The notes below the pieces were generated by a model that worked only from the letters and a program-made list of their open reading frames with translations, was not told the DNA's origin and made no database searches. From positions 1 through 64,000 of IMG/VR virus record IMGVR_UViG_3300033559_000303: a DNA stretch of 64,000 nt, one strand, 5' to 3'. Made by a program: the position numbers and the translations under genes. The stretch is from a virus. Shown here one piece after another: positions 23,501 to 35,271 of this stretch. Each line of letters starts with the position of its first letter. Position 1 is the stretch's first letter.

Positions 23501-24894
23501 AGTAAGATTGATTTATTCTGGGGAGAAGACAAAAAATGAAAAGACTAGGTGTATGTGATACCCCACTGGGGATGATATGAAGTGCATGTGCAATACAACT
23601 ATAACACGGCACAGAACAAATGATAACAACATTGTTATCGTTGAGTGTGACAACTGTGAATCACTATGGTATGAGCACGATGAATCATTGTCTCCTGACC
23701 CAGAACAATTAAAATGAGGTGAAAAATGAAAACATTTCAAATTGAGTTATGTAGAACAGGTTATGGTTTTGCCACAGCTACAGTTGAAGCTAATACAATG
23801 GATGAGGCTAGGAGGAAAGCGTTGGAGCAGGCTCCTAGTATGAGCTTCTCGGAGAATTCTTCTGAGTATGATATAGCTGAATAGGAGGTGATATGGCGAG
23901 TGAAATAGAAATACAGAAAGCTGTATACCGGGAAATAAACGGTATGAAGCGCATTCCGAAAGAGTATGTTGATACTATAAAGGATATGGTAGGCTACAAG
24001 TTCGGTGGCAGGACAAAAGAGGCTGATGATATTGTGGATAAAGTCATCAACTATTATTTTAACACGTGAGGGTTACTATGGATATGGATTCGCTAAAGCG
24101 TGGTCAAGTAATAGCTGCACAATTACAGAAAATTGATGCTGCTATTGACGGGTGTAATAAGTTTATTAATAAGATAGACATGAAACATGAGAGGGTGACT
24201 GACCTTAGTGTGAACCCTATAGGGAAATACTACCATGGGCGTGTCTCAGAGCATCTGGATGATAGCGGAGGTTACATTGAGCTGGATGGAACAGGTGTTG
24301 TGGAAGATGTTATTGCAGCGACATTTCAAATTCTTACCAGGAAGAAAGCTGAACTGGAAAGGGAGTTTGCTGAACTATGAAGACCAGGGATTATATTAAA
24401 AACCAGATCGATGGTCATGCGAGGTTTATTCAATCATTTAAAAAGGACGACGCAGGACTTAACACGGTATATAAAAGATCCGGGAGGGTGTACACCGATC
24501 TTAATATGCGAGTTGCTATTTCTAAAGACCTTGGAAAAAGAGCCGACGCCATTATCAAGAGGATAAAAGAAGAAGAGTTTCAACCTTGTAGTAACTGCGG
24601 ATCTAAAGCTGGAACATACAGCATGGGAAATATGTGCAAGGCGTGTCATACTGAAACTTAGGGTGTAACACGAATATTCAGAATATCAAGGAGAAATATA
24701 AAATGGGTAAGTCAAAAGCTTCCACATGTAGGTTTAACGCCAACCGCGCAGTTCTTAAAGATGTATACCCCTTTTGTACATGGAAACCACCTGAGGATTG
24801 GAGATTCCCACCCAATGTCTATATGAGTGGTGACAATCGCCCCTCAGAACAGCAATGCTCTAAGTGCAAATGCTATACTAAAGATGATGCATAA
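20572..24894 (+). other. Cluster of small hypothetical genes (includes a signal-peptide-bearing ORF at 22705..23133)
   Basis: Tandem plus-strand ORFs with RBSs; no recognisable catalytic motifs. Confidence 0.65.
23726..23884 (+). CDS. 52-aa protein homologous to the C-terminal domain of the ACP fusion at 45334
   Basis: MKTFQIELCRTGYGFATATVEANTMDEARRKALEQAPSMSFSENSSEYDIAE versus IFNITMCRTSYASKDIQVVARDINEAKEKAITIAYNYSFKESSANYSVE. Confidence 0.7.
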   Translation: MKTFQIELCRTGYGFATATVEANTMDEARRKALEQAPSMSFSENSSEYDIAE

Positions 24895-24928
24895 TAGATT
24901 GTCTAAATGTATTTTACCCTTTAAACGT

Positions 24929-25006
24929 CGGAATGTAGCTCAGTCTGGCTAGAGTACCTGGTTTGGGACCAGGGTGCCGGGGGTTCGAATCCCTCCATTC
25001 CGACCA
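24929..25006 (+). tRNA. tRNA-Pro(TGG), CCA encoded
   Basis: Acceptor CGGAATG/CATTCCG, anticodon arm CCTGG-TTTGGGA-CCAGG, T-loop TTCGAAT, 3' ACCA. Confidence 0.95.
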
Positions 25007-25012
25007 AATTTT

Positions 25013-25269
25013 GACGGTGGTGGTCTGGTGAGTTTTTAAAAGGAGAGTATTTGTTGTTTTTACTATGAACAGAGTCTATAGATATCAATGGGAGACTGAG
25101 CCTTTTCTATAGAAGTTACCCTGTCTTAATGATGGAACTTCACCCTTACGCGAAAGCGGATCAAGTGCGCAAGCATAAGTCAGAGATTTAAAGGGGGCAG
25201 GGCTTTGGTAGTGCAAGCTATAATAGTAAATTAATGACGAATATAACCCTCTCACCCCGCCCCATCGTC
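25013..25269 (+). ncRNA. ~257-nt structured ncRNA candidate
   Basis: Long interrupted terminal helix (GACGGTGG/CCATCGTC, GGTGAG/CTCACC, GTATTTGTT/GACGAATAT, TTTACTA/TAGTAAA) enclosing GNRA-capped hairpins CGC-GAAA-GCG, TGC-GCAA-GCA and AGT-GCAA-GCT. Confidence 0.6.
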
Positions 25270-25278
25270 CATTTTATA

Positions 25279-25494
25279 ACTGTGACTGGAGGATCCTTGC
25301 CTATGACAGCTGCACATATACTCATAAGGCTATGAGTCAATTTGTGAGAACAGCTGTAATGAAGATCTAGGTTATTATCAAGCTGCGGCAGCACCCTTAA
25401 CCAAAATTGCTACACATTTATCCGGAGAGCAACGGGGAGTAAATGTGAGAATGACAGTTGTGAAGGTGTGGATAATAACTGTTCCAGTCGCAGT
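25279..25494 (+). ncRNA. ~216-nt structured ncRNA candidate with two similar internal domains
   Basis: 12-bp terminal stem ACTGTGACTGGA/TCCAGTCGCAGT; two modules of the form stem-CACAT...TGTGAGAA-stem-TGAAG. Confidence 0.6.
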
Positions 25495-25502
25495 AATTAT
25501 TT

Positions 25503-25586
25503 GGAAGTGTGGCCGAGTGGTTTAAGGCGGCAGTCTTGAAAACTGTTGTGCTAACTGCACCGGAGGTTCGAATCCTTCCACTTCCG
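25503..25586 (+). tRNA. tRNA-Ser(TGA), no encoded CCA
   Basis: Acceptor GGAAGTG/CACTTCC, anticodon arm GCAGT-CTTGAAA-ACTGT, long variable arm, T-loop TTCGAAT, G discriminator. Confidence 0.95.
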
Positions 25587-27339
25587 TATATCTCTTACTT
25601 AATAGCAAGTGTCATTATAGTGCTTGCTATTTTATTATCTATTAAAAACAAAGGGGTGTATAATGAAAGACGTCTGTATCTGGAATGACCTCATACCAAC
25701 AGGTTACTTGAAGAAGCATATAGCCCGCAATTATGCTCATGAAGATGGCGCGTTGTTGCATATCTGCTTTCAGGATGAGAGCAATATGACTGATAATCTC
25801 AAGTTCCTTAATTCACATGCAGAACTTGTCGGTGAGGGTGACAAGTCTGTATTTGGCTTGAAGTGTTACAAATATTACCGTGTTGATGGGGTTGTGACCC
25901 ATATTCTTGGTAAAACAACAGTGGTGACAGGTAGGTATAAAAATCCATACAAGGCTATAATAGCCTTCCATAACAAATTCAAAGACATAGTGCGCGTGTA
26001 TAATCAAATGTATGCTGAATTCAAAAGAAATGGCGGTGAAATATCATGGAGAGAATAAAATTGAGAATCAGAATGAAGATGGACTCAATTGTAATGATGA
26101 AATATTTCAAAGAGATTATGAAGCGGTAATATTTTTAATACCAACCAGGAGATTGACATGGATGATTATTTAAACACAATACCTACAGCTGACATTATTA
26201 AGCATCTTATAGATCGTTTTTCAAATAAAGGTGAGGGGTTTGTGTATGCTTACTACACCTTTAATGATGCTGACCTTGCTGATGATGGGTGGTGTTGTGG
26301 TGGGATTGGTAATAGACCGCTGCAGATAGGGTTGTGCGATGCGATTGCACAGCATATCCATGATGAAATGGATGACAATGGTAATGATCATTTCTAATAA
26401 GGAGATTATATGGATAGCGTTAAAAGCGATGGAATTGTAGGACACCTGGCTGGAAAAGCCAGCGCGTGTATTATTGATAGGACAAAGTTGTTGTACCCAT
26501 CCATTATAGATGCAGATGAGTATGTCAAGTACGATGACCCTGATGTTGTACTTGTATTCTGTGATGATAATGATTACTACGAGGTTGTGTTTACAAAAGC
26601 GCAACTTAATGCATCGAAGTATGATGGTGGCGACATATTATGTGATGGATACCGCATTGGCGTTGGCAGGAAGTATCACCAGGAGCAGTTTATCATTACA
26701 CCGTTGTATTCAGTTTCCGATATTGACAATGGGTATGCCGGAGAGTTGCAGTCTATAATAAACAGTTAAAAACAGGGTGAATCATTATGTCAGGGTATGA
26801 AAGTGATTGTTGCGGTGCTGATGTTAAGTGGGGTGATATTTGTAGCAATTGCCTCGAGCATTGTGAGGTGATTTACATTGATGATTATGATGATGAACAA
26901 GATGGTAATTAATATGGAGAGGGTATAATATGAAAGCAAAAGAGTACATAGAAAAGTACAAAGATCTGATAATGTGCTTCGGAAAGATTCCAAATAACGA
27001 ACCTGAGGCTGAATTTGCCAGAAGGATGCTGACAGACCTTTCACTCGAGTTGAAAGATATAACAAAGTCCAGGAATATCGTAAAAATGCAATCACTGATT
27101 TCTGTTGTTGTAGAACTCAATAACAAATGGAAATCTGTCAACGGTGGTATTAAAAAGATGCTTGGTACAAGTGTTTTCAAAGAAGATATGTTCACAAACT
27201 ACATTTCCAAGACAATACCAGATCTCACTCCGTATCTTGAGCATGCCGGCGTTGTATAGTTGTTATTATCCAATATTTGCTGGCATAATAATAAAGGGAT
27301 GGTTATCATCCCTTTTTTTTACATATTAGAGGAGTGTCT

Positions 27340-28314
27340 ATGTACAAACCAAGAGAGTATAATGTTGATCTTCAGAAATCCCCAAAGTACAGATGGGATG
27401 GAATGCTATCTGACCAGTGGGCAGTGGATGCTGCTCATAAAATAGCACACACAATATCAGACTCGTTCCCGGATATACTAAAACTAGCGTTTAATGCCGC
27501 AAAATCTATAGCGCCACTTTTATTCAACATGAAGATTGGTGATCAATTCGGATATGCAACAGAGATGAATCAATGGTCAAAATATTCAATAGGCGATCGT
27601 AATCTTACTATAGCAGCTAATCTCAGTTATGAAATAATGGGGTGCTCATCTGTATCAATGATGGTACCAAAGCTTGGTATGGTTCATGCAAGGAATCTTG
27701 ACTGGCCCTTACCTATTATGAGAAAATATACAACATTAGTACACTTCATAGGTTCTGATGCTGGTAGCTTTACATCTGTGTGTGTTCCAGGTATGGTTGG
27801 TATGATATCTGGAGTAGCTAAAGGTAGGTTTAGTGCTGCAATAAATCAATCTCCAAATTCTATACTTGATAGAAATCTTACAGGGTGGGCTGCACCGTTT
27901 CTTTTGCGGAGGGTTTTTGAAACATGCAACACATTTGATGAGGCTGTCAATATGCTTGGTGAGTCTAAAGTGATAACACCTGCATTCATACATATAACAG
28001 GTATAGAGAATCATGAGTCAGCTGTCATAGAGTTAAAAACAACTAACAGTAATAATATTTATTATATCAATGGTGAACCATTAGTTATAACAAATCACTT
28101 TATCGCTGATGATAACCCAGGTGTATACGATGACGAGCAGTGTTCTCAAATAAGATCTGATACATTATTTGAAAGCGCTGTGAAGTGTAAAGCAAAAATA
28201 CTTTCTGGTGTTGCAAATATTTTACAAAAGTATCCCGTTATGAATATTGCAACAGAGCAGAGTATGGTTTTCCACCCTGAAACAGGTAATGTATTCCTAA
28301 ACGACTGCAGGTAG
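27340..28314 (+). CDS. Ntn-hydrolase, acid ceramidase/NAAA (C45/C89-like) family
   Basis: N-terminal YNVDLQKSPKYRW, nucleophile Cys in MGCSS, VHARNLDW, LVITNHF. Confidence 0.85.
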   Translation: MYKPREYNVDLQKSPKYRWDGMLSDQWAVDAAHKIAHTISDSFPDILKLAFNAAKSIAPLLFNMKIGDQFGYATEMNQWSKYSIGDRNLTIAANLSYEIMGCSSVSMMVPKLGMVHARNLDWPLPIMRKYTTLVHFIGSDAGSFTSVCVPGMVGMISGVAKGRFSAAINQSPNSILDRNLTGWAAPFLLRRVFETCNTFDEAVNMLGESKVITPAFIHITGIENHESAVIELKTTNSNNIYYINGEPLVITNHFIADDNPGVYDDEQCSQIRSDTLFESAVKCKAKILSGVANILQKYPVMNIATEQSMVFHPETGNVFLNDCR

Positions 28315-28342
28315 CACGCGTATTTACTTCAAAGGAGATTTT

Positions 28343-28525
28343 ATGCCCAGGAGCAGAATGAATCATCTCGAAAGAGAGATTGTAATTCAAGCGTTCAATA
28401 ATCATATACCGATCGAATGCAGTGACCGGTGGAATGATAGTGAGGAATGGGAGGATTACACAGGTGAGTTTGAGTTTAACTTCGATGATCTTGTGTATAG
28501 AATGAAGGGTTCTTTTCAATCTTAA
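28343..28525 (+). CDS. Hypothetical protein, paralog of 33546..33731
   Basis: Shared IExSDRxNDxEEWxxYTGEFxxNFDDxVYR. Confidence 0.7.
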   Translation: MPRSRMNHLEREIVIQAFNNHIPIECSDRWNDSEEWEDYTGEFEFNFDDLVYRMKGSFQS

Positions 28526-30049
28526 TTAAAGGTGGTATTCATGAGTTCGTACAGCGATTCAATGTTTGTTGGCAAACCATTTGCAAAACAGCGTCCAAAA
28601 GTTAAAGCTGGAAGAAAGACATATATTGACGCACATGACAATCTGCGTGTTGAGAATTGGAAAGATGTCAGAGGTGAGGAGATGCGCGCTTATAACTTCA
28701 CAAGAATGGCTAGATGTATGAGGGGTATTGCATAATGGATCATCTTAACTTTGACGAGTATATTAGCAAAAACAAGCCTTCACGCGTTGAGTTTAAAATT
28801 GTAAAAGATGAGGATCGTTGCGGTGTATCCTACCATATCAAGTTCAAGAAGTATATACAGCGCGTCTTTAATACACCAAAAATTACATGGGCAACTGTTT
28901 GTTATGCGTCATATGATTCCGGTGGTGGATCATGGTGCACTAAAACATTTGACAATTATGATGAGGCTGAGCTTTTTGTAAACAAATTATGCAAAGTGCC
29001 AAGATCAGAAGTTGTTGTACATGTGGAAAGAGATATTTCGTATGGTAAAGAAAAAACGTAAGAGGAATAAAAAATGCCACCCCACGCGCTGGATAAAGCA
29101 ATCGTGGTACATTACTGTGTATGAGAATAAAAAAACATATATGGTAATTGCTACCACACCAAATACCGCCATGCGTGAGTTCTACCGTTGTGTCGAGTTA
29201 GGGTTGAATGTGCTTTCTGTAAGTAATGATGAAGATGGTATTAATATGCGTAAGGTTATTAAATTATCAAAGAAGGAGTGATACAGTATGTCTAATTATA
29301 TTCACCCAAGTGTCACATTTAGAGCGGATATGCGCTGGTGTGATGACAATAATGAGAACGATATTGTTTACCGTGTGGTTGCAGAACTTAATGATAAGTA
29401 TGGCCACAAGGAAGATTGTAAAACATGTGTTTATCCTGTAACTATGACATTGGATCAGAAGATCCAAATGCTGAAGGGTATTCGTTTTGAAGTTGACACT
29501 ATGCTGGATAATTTGTATAAGGAACGGCATGAGAAACTAATTTCAAAAGTGAGAGGTGTAGACAATAAAAGTGAAGGATTACATAGAGAAGAACTTACGC
29601 CTTATTGAAGGTGTGGTGTCTAATGTTGGGGTATAACTAAAAAATGAAATGGGGTTTGGTATTATGTTCACATGTATATGTAAGGGTACAGCAGCATACT
29701 GTGTATGCCCAAAGATAGCTTTGACGATAGCAGCTGGTGGAATTGTGACAAAAGCAAATGGTCACAATTTCCATGTGGAGATGGATAAGTACCCTGATAG
29801 GTATATTACAGGCACAATAATTCATGGGGCACAGGATGAGGTTGAGGATATCGCAAATACCCTACACAGGCGTCATGGTGTTGAGTACACCATCAAGAAT
29901 GATAAGGTTAGTGTAACATATAACTGTCGTGTATATGAGGTGTTGAGACTTGTTGACAATAAACTATTGTCAATACGCCAGAGTTTGTACAATGCACTAA
30001 TACTAATGTCGCAACATGAGTTTATGCATTATTTGAAAGAGGTGGAGGT

Positions 30050-30292
30050 ATGAGTAAAAAAACAATTCGTATCCGTAGTCACAAGTGGACAGACTCCAGT
30101 GATGATGGTAAGTATGAACTTATATGTGATTATGAAGAGTCAGAATTCAACTATGGTATGTTTCTACACTGTGCTGAGATAGTGAAAACAATCAGAATGA
30201 CACCGAATCGCATCAATGACAACAAAACATACCGGTACCTGCTCAAGTGGTCACTTGAGGCTCATGGGTATGATGAGGTAATATTTGATTAA
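30050..30292 (+). CDS. Hypothetical protein, paralog of 6635..6871
   Basis: Shared C-terminus LKWSLEAHGYDEVIF. Confidence 0.6.
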   Translation: MSKKTIRIRSHKWTDSSDDGKYELICDYEESEFNYGMFLHCAEIVKTIRMTPNRINDNKTYRYLLKWSLEAHGYDEVIFD

Positions 30293-30301
30293 ATTGTTTC
30301 C

Positions 30302-30399
30302 GGTTATGTAGCTCAATGGTAGAGCTGGGTAAAAAGTTTTAACTCCGTTGGTAGGCTTTCCCGCTAGCCTGCGAGTTGGTTCGATTCCAACCATAACCG
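30302..30399 (+). tRNA. Aberrant tRNA-like RNA (no assignable anticodon)
   Basis: Acceptor GGTTATG/CATAACC, canonical D-arm TAGCTCAATGGTAGAGC, T-arm GTTGG-TTCGATT-CCAAC. The anticodon region is replaced by GGGTAAAA-AG-TTTTAACTC plus an extra hairpin GTAGGCT/AGCCTGC. Confidence 0.65.
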
Positions 30400-30426
30400 C
30401 TTTATTTATTTTTAAGGGGATGTTAG

Positions 30427-31080
30427 ATGAGTATAAATTATAACGATATGGAGCAGGTGAAGAATGCTGTTTCGTATTTCAAGAAAAGGGTATTTGATCA
30501 CCTTGCTCACATTGAATGTTTTATTGCCGGTGGTGCTATCCGTGATTATTTCTCCATCGGGTATGCCAAGGGTGATATTGATGTATTCTTCAAGAATGAG
30601 TACTGGTATAAAAAGGCTTTCGATGAGCTTACAATAGGGAAGAATTGTGATATCATACATGAAAGCAGTGAAGCTGTAATGATTAAACTGTTTAACTGTC
30701 GAATACACCTTATCAAAGGTCATTATTATGCAGATCAGTCAAAAGTTATAACCGGTGAGAATGCATTTGACTTCACTGTTGCATGTGCATCAATAGATCA
30801 TACGGGTAATTTTGATTGCCATGAGACATTCTTTGTTGACCTTGCTGCGAAGAAGTTGGTTATAAATAATCTTCCATTTCCACTATCTACAATGCAGCGT
30901 GTGATTAGGTATGTCCGTAAGGATTTTACAATATGCAATGTTGGCTTACTGAAGATAGCAAAAGCTATTCAGACAGTGAATCTTGATCCGAATGCATACT
31001 ACGATAACCCTGGTGATAAAAAACAAAACAGCTTTGAGTTTTATCCTGATGGCACGCTGAGATTTATGCGTATAGACTAA
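30427..31080 (+). CDS. Nucleotidyltransferase (CCA-adding/poly(A) polymerase head-like)
   Basis: FIAGGAIRD, GDIDVF, FDFTV. Confidence 0.8.
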   Translation: MSINYNDMEQVKNAVSYFKKRVFDHLAHIECFIAGGAIRDYFSIGYAKGDIDVFFKNEYWYKKAFDELTIGKNCDIIHESSEAVMIKLFNCRIHLIKGHYYADQSKVITGENAFDFTVACASIDHTGNFDCHETFFVDLAAKKLVINNLPFPLSTMQRVIRYVRKDFTICNVGLLKIAKAIQTVNLDPNAYYDNPGDKKQNSFEFYPDGTLRFMRID

Positions 31081-31523
31081 TATTAAGAAAGGTGGTTTAG
31101 TTATGGCTGATAACATAACATTCAGAGGGAATATTGCCTCTGGAGATATGAATCTTGATACAGCAATACTTGTATGTGTTCCATCAAAGGAGCGCTACAA
31201 TGAGGTTGACATCTGCATCGCTAGTGATGAAAACTCTACGAACCTCAGGGTTGGTGATTGTGATTCAACCTGGTTACCCTGGGATGACAGGAAGAAACTT
31301 GGTTATGAGATAGCCAGGAGGTGGAATATAATTCCTAATATCGGTAGCGCTGTGAAGTCGATCGTGAAGCTTCGCCGGGAGGGTATGACGCACCATGATG
31401 CTTCCTATGCTGCGGCTTATCAGCAGGCGTGCAGAGATTGCCTTGAGGTGTTGAAAAGGTGGGATGTTATTAAGGAGTACAATCTCTAGGAGTGATATTT
31501 AAAAATAAACTTTAGGAGGAGTT

Positions 31524-32374
31524 ATGGCACAAAAGCATAAGCAGCTTGAGGTTAACGCAAGGTTTGGACATTTAACATGCATCCAATCAGACACTGGTAA
31601 AAGAAAACACAGAAATGTTGTTGGATTGTTCAGATGTGACTGTGGTAAAATGATTGAGTGTGAGAGCACAAGGGTTAGTATGGGTGTAATAATCAGTTGT
31701 GGATGTATTACATATGATACGGGTAATATCAACTATGGTGATAAATTCTCGTATTTAAAGTTTATCAGGTATATTAAAACAAAGAGATCAGATAACAGCA
31801 CTGGTGTATTCAAGTGTGATTGCGGGAATAGTGTGGTGTTGCCAGTTCTTAGAGTTTTATCACATACCGCCAGGTCGTGTGGTTGCATGAGAAGTAAAGA
31901 GTTGTCAAAGGGTGTTACCACGCATGGTATGGCTGATAAAAAAATAAAGTATATTTAGCATGGATGAATCTTGTTCAAAGTGGTAAATACACAAGAGTTG
32001 AGGAGTGGGAGGACTTTCTAAACTTCGAGAAGTGGGCATTGGAAAATGGGTTTACAGATAACTCTGTTATTACAATACCATATCGAGATGTACCTGTTGG
32101 TCCTGAAAACTGTATTATTGAACAATCAACATCAAGATCTACCCATATTACTGGCGCTCTCAATGTGCCAAAGACATCAAAGTACAAAGGTGTTTCCTAC
32201 TGTGCTCCTAGAAATAAATGGAATGGAAATGTTGAGGTTAATAAAAAGAGATATAGAAAACGCTTCCAATCTGAAGTTGACGCTGCTATATGGAGGGATG
32301 ATATGGCTTATAAACTTGTAGGTATGCCGGTATACTTGAATTTTCCAGAAAGATATAATACTGGTGCTCAATAA
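31524..32374 (+). pseudogene. AP2-domain / CxCG-repeat (homing-endonuclease-like) gene split by a frameshift
   Basis: ORFs 31524..31958 and 31964..32374 join in the -1 frame across an A7 run (THGMADKK-NKVYLAWMNL). The C-terminus has AP2-like SKYKGVSY...W...F.SEVDAA..RD. Confidence 0.6.
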
Positions 32375-32402
32375 AACACTGATAACATTCAGGGAGTGAT
32401 GT

Positions 32403-32912
32403 ATGAATATTTTTATTCTCGATGACAATAAGGGTTTAAGCGCTCAATATCACTGTGACCAGCATATTGTGAAAATGCCGCTTGAGACAGCTCAGATATT
32501 ATCCACAGTATCGCACATGCATGGTTTTCCATGTAAGCCATATAAGAAGACTCACGAGCATCATCCATGTGTAAAGTGGGCTGCAGGGTGCAAAGGTAAT
32601 TATGTGTGGCTTATTGATTTTGGATTACAACTCTGCGCCGAATACACATTCAGATATGGTAAAAAGCATAAATGTCAAGATGTTATTAAGGATATGTTAT
32701 TTTTTAATACTTTGAGACCTATACCGTCAAATACAGAGTTTGATAGAGGGATTCATGGTATTATGAGGACACCATTCGCGCAAGCTATGCCTGAGGAGTA
32801 TCGGCATAGTTGTGTGGTAACAGCTTATAGAAGTTACTACCGTGGTGAGAAGCGTGAGATGGCTAGGTATAATAATGGAAGGCAAGCTCCGGAGTGGATG
32901 ATGTATGCTTAA
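32403..32912 (+). CDS. Pyrimidine-dimer DNA glycosylase / endonuclease V-like protein
   Basis: MNIFILD...AQYHCDQHIVKMPLETAQIL, HHPCVKW, EYTFRYGKKH, AYRSYY. Confidence 0.8.
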   Translation: MNIFILDDNKGLSAQYHCDQHIVKMPLETAQILSTVSHMHGFPCKPYKKTHEHHPCVKWAAGCKGNYVWLIDFGLQLCAEYTFRYGKKHKCQDVIKDMLFFNTLRPIPSNTEFDRGIHGIMRTPFAQAMPEEYRHSCVVTAYRSYYRGEKREMARYNNGRQAPEWMMYA

Positions 32913-32924
32913 TATTAGCTTTAA

Positions 32925-33488
<564 letters not shown>

Positions 33489-33545
33489 GGTATCTCGAAA
33501 AATTATTATGGGTCTCACATACTAAAAAAATGGGAGAGCAGCTTT

Positions 33546-33731
33546 ATGTCTCGAGATAAAATGAGTGCCAGACATCAGGATGTTATAATCAGAGCTAACA
33601 AGTGTTGTATGCCTATTGAATATTCTGATAGACGGAATGACAATGAAGAATGGAAGTTGTACACTGGTGAGTTTCCACTGAACTTTGATGATTATGTATA
33701 CAGGGTTAAGCAACCCTTAATAATACTTTAA
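33546..33731 (+). CDS. Hypothetical protein, paralog of 28343..28525
   Basis: See 28343. Confidence 0.7.
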   Translation: MSRDKMSARHQDVIIRANKCCMPIEYSDRRNDNEEWKLYTGEFPLNFDDYVYRVKQPLIIL

Positions 33732-33806
33732 AGTATTGTGATTGAACCATTCACATGGTGTGAATGGTTATTGTTTTTATAAATACCAAACAAAAGGTGG
33801 TGTGTT

Positions 33807-34343
33807 ATGAGTGCTGGCAACAACGGAAAAACTGTGAAGAATGTTCCAGTTAAAAAGGTTGCGGTGAAGAAGGTTGCGGTAGTGAATGCTGCAGATGATA
33901 AGAAGGTTGCGGCTAAGAAGGTTGCAGTGAAGAAGGTTGATGCAACAGTACCAACTGTTAAAAAGGTAACGAAATCAAAGTTGTCACCAAAAGAGATTGC
34001 TGATAAAAATATCGCAAAAGTGGAAGCCTCTCTGGAAAAAACCATCCTGTCTATAGAGACAAGAATTGCTAAAGAAGCTTCTGAAATTGGCAAAGCGGTA
34101 GAAAAATCTATAAAGCGACTGCACAAAACTGGGTATGATACTATCAAAGCAAGGACTAAAGCTGGTAACATCATGATTGCAGATGCAAAGAAAGCTGCCA
34201 CTGCTGAAATTAACAACATCCGGACATCTATTGCTAAAAGTATTGTCCCGAATGACACCGCTGTTGTGAAGAAGACACAGGTTAAAAAGGTTGCCGCAAA
34301 AAAACCTGACCCAAAAAAGATTACACCTAAAGATGTTTGGTAA
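33807..34343 (+). CDS. Histone H1-like Lys/Val/Ala-rich protein
   Basis: Repeated KKVA(V/A) pentapeptides at both ends flanking a helical core. Confidence 0.65.
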   Translation: MSAGNNGKTVKNVPVKKVAVKKVAVVNAADDKKVAAKKVAVKKVDATVPTVKKVTKSKLSPKEIADKNIAKVEASLEKTILSIETRIAKEASEIGKAVEKSIKRLHKTGYDTIKARTKAGNIMIADAKKAATAEINNIRTSIAKSIVPNDTAVVKKTQVKKVAAKKPDPKKITPKDVW

Positions 34344-35271
34344 TCATACTGTGTAACCATAGTGGCCTCCGGAATCATCCGGTAGCCACTATATTTTTTA
34401 AGGGGTGTATATGAATACTTTTGTAGACCCAGCGGTTATAAGTGCAATCAACAAGATTAAAGCTGCAGTTGTACGCTGGTCAAATAAGTTTGGAATAAGG
34501 ATCACATTTGGATACATTGGAAACTACAATGTTGTTACCAGGTATGATGATAGATCCTGGAGGGTTTTTATTGAGGGGGAGAAAAGCGCTCCAAGTTGGG
34601 CTCATGCCGGGGAAAATGATGAGGAGATAGTTGAATTCTCATTCAAACTCGATGATGTTGAGGGTAAAATTGAAAAACTACTTAATGAAAGGCGAGAAGC
34701 AAAATGACAGACTCTTGTGTTCATGTCAATATTCAAGCCATACGTGATGGCGATGGTGAAAGATTTATTGTGGATGGTGTGAAGGTTGTCTGTGATGATC
34801 CTGTTCATCCAGATAATAAGGTTGATGAATTCAGAAAAGAGGATGAGGTTTCGATCGGATTTGATTTGTGCCTTAACAATTTCATAGCGGCTGTTGGTAA
34901 AGATAAGATTCAACAGGCACTGAAAAGTTTTGACAAATCCTCGCAATTCATGGATATGATTAAGTCTATTATCAATACGGCATCACAAGATAACGCTGAG
35001 TCCCTATTGGATATACTTAAAAAGGTTTCAGAATCTGGATCCAACCCAAAAGTACAGGTTGTACAGGTTAATGCTGAAGATCTTCCTGAAGAGGTTCTTG
35101 ACGCTATCAGTCGCGCTAAGAACAATGATCAAATAGGAGAGATTCTAAGGATCATGCATGAATCAGACTCAAGTGAAGAGTTTCTTGTGAAATTGAAGGG
35201 TGTAAACCTTAATGATTAACACTTAGGTTGGTGTTCATCTTTTAATTACAATCAAAAAAGAAAGGGTTCTT

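Noticed and set aside
25013-25269. RNase P RNA or tmRNA
   Set aside because: It lacks the GAGGAAAGTCC / P4 signature and has no tRNA-like ends or tag frame.
30302-30399. Suppressor tRNA (TTA) implying stop-codon recoding
   Set aside because: TTA is not in a 7-nt loop on a 5-bp stem, and known genes read intact under the standard bacterial code.
33728-34378. 216-aa minus-strand hydrophobic ORF
   Set aside because: It is the antisense shadow of the Lys-rich gene 33807..34343.
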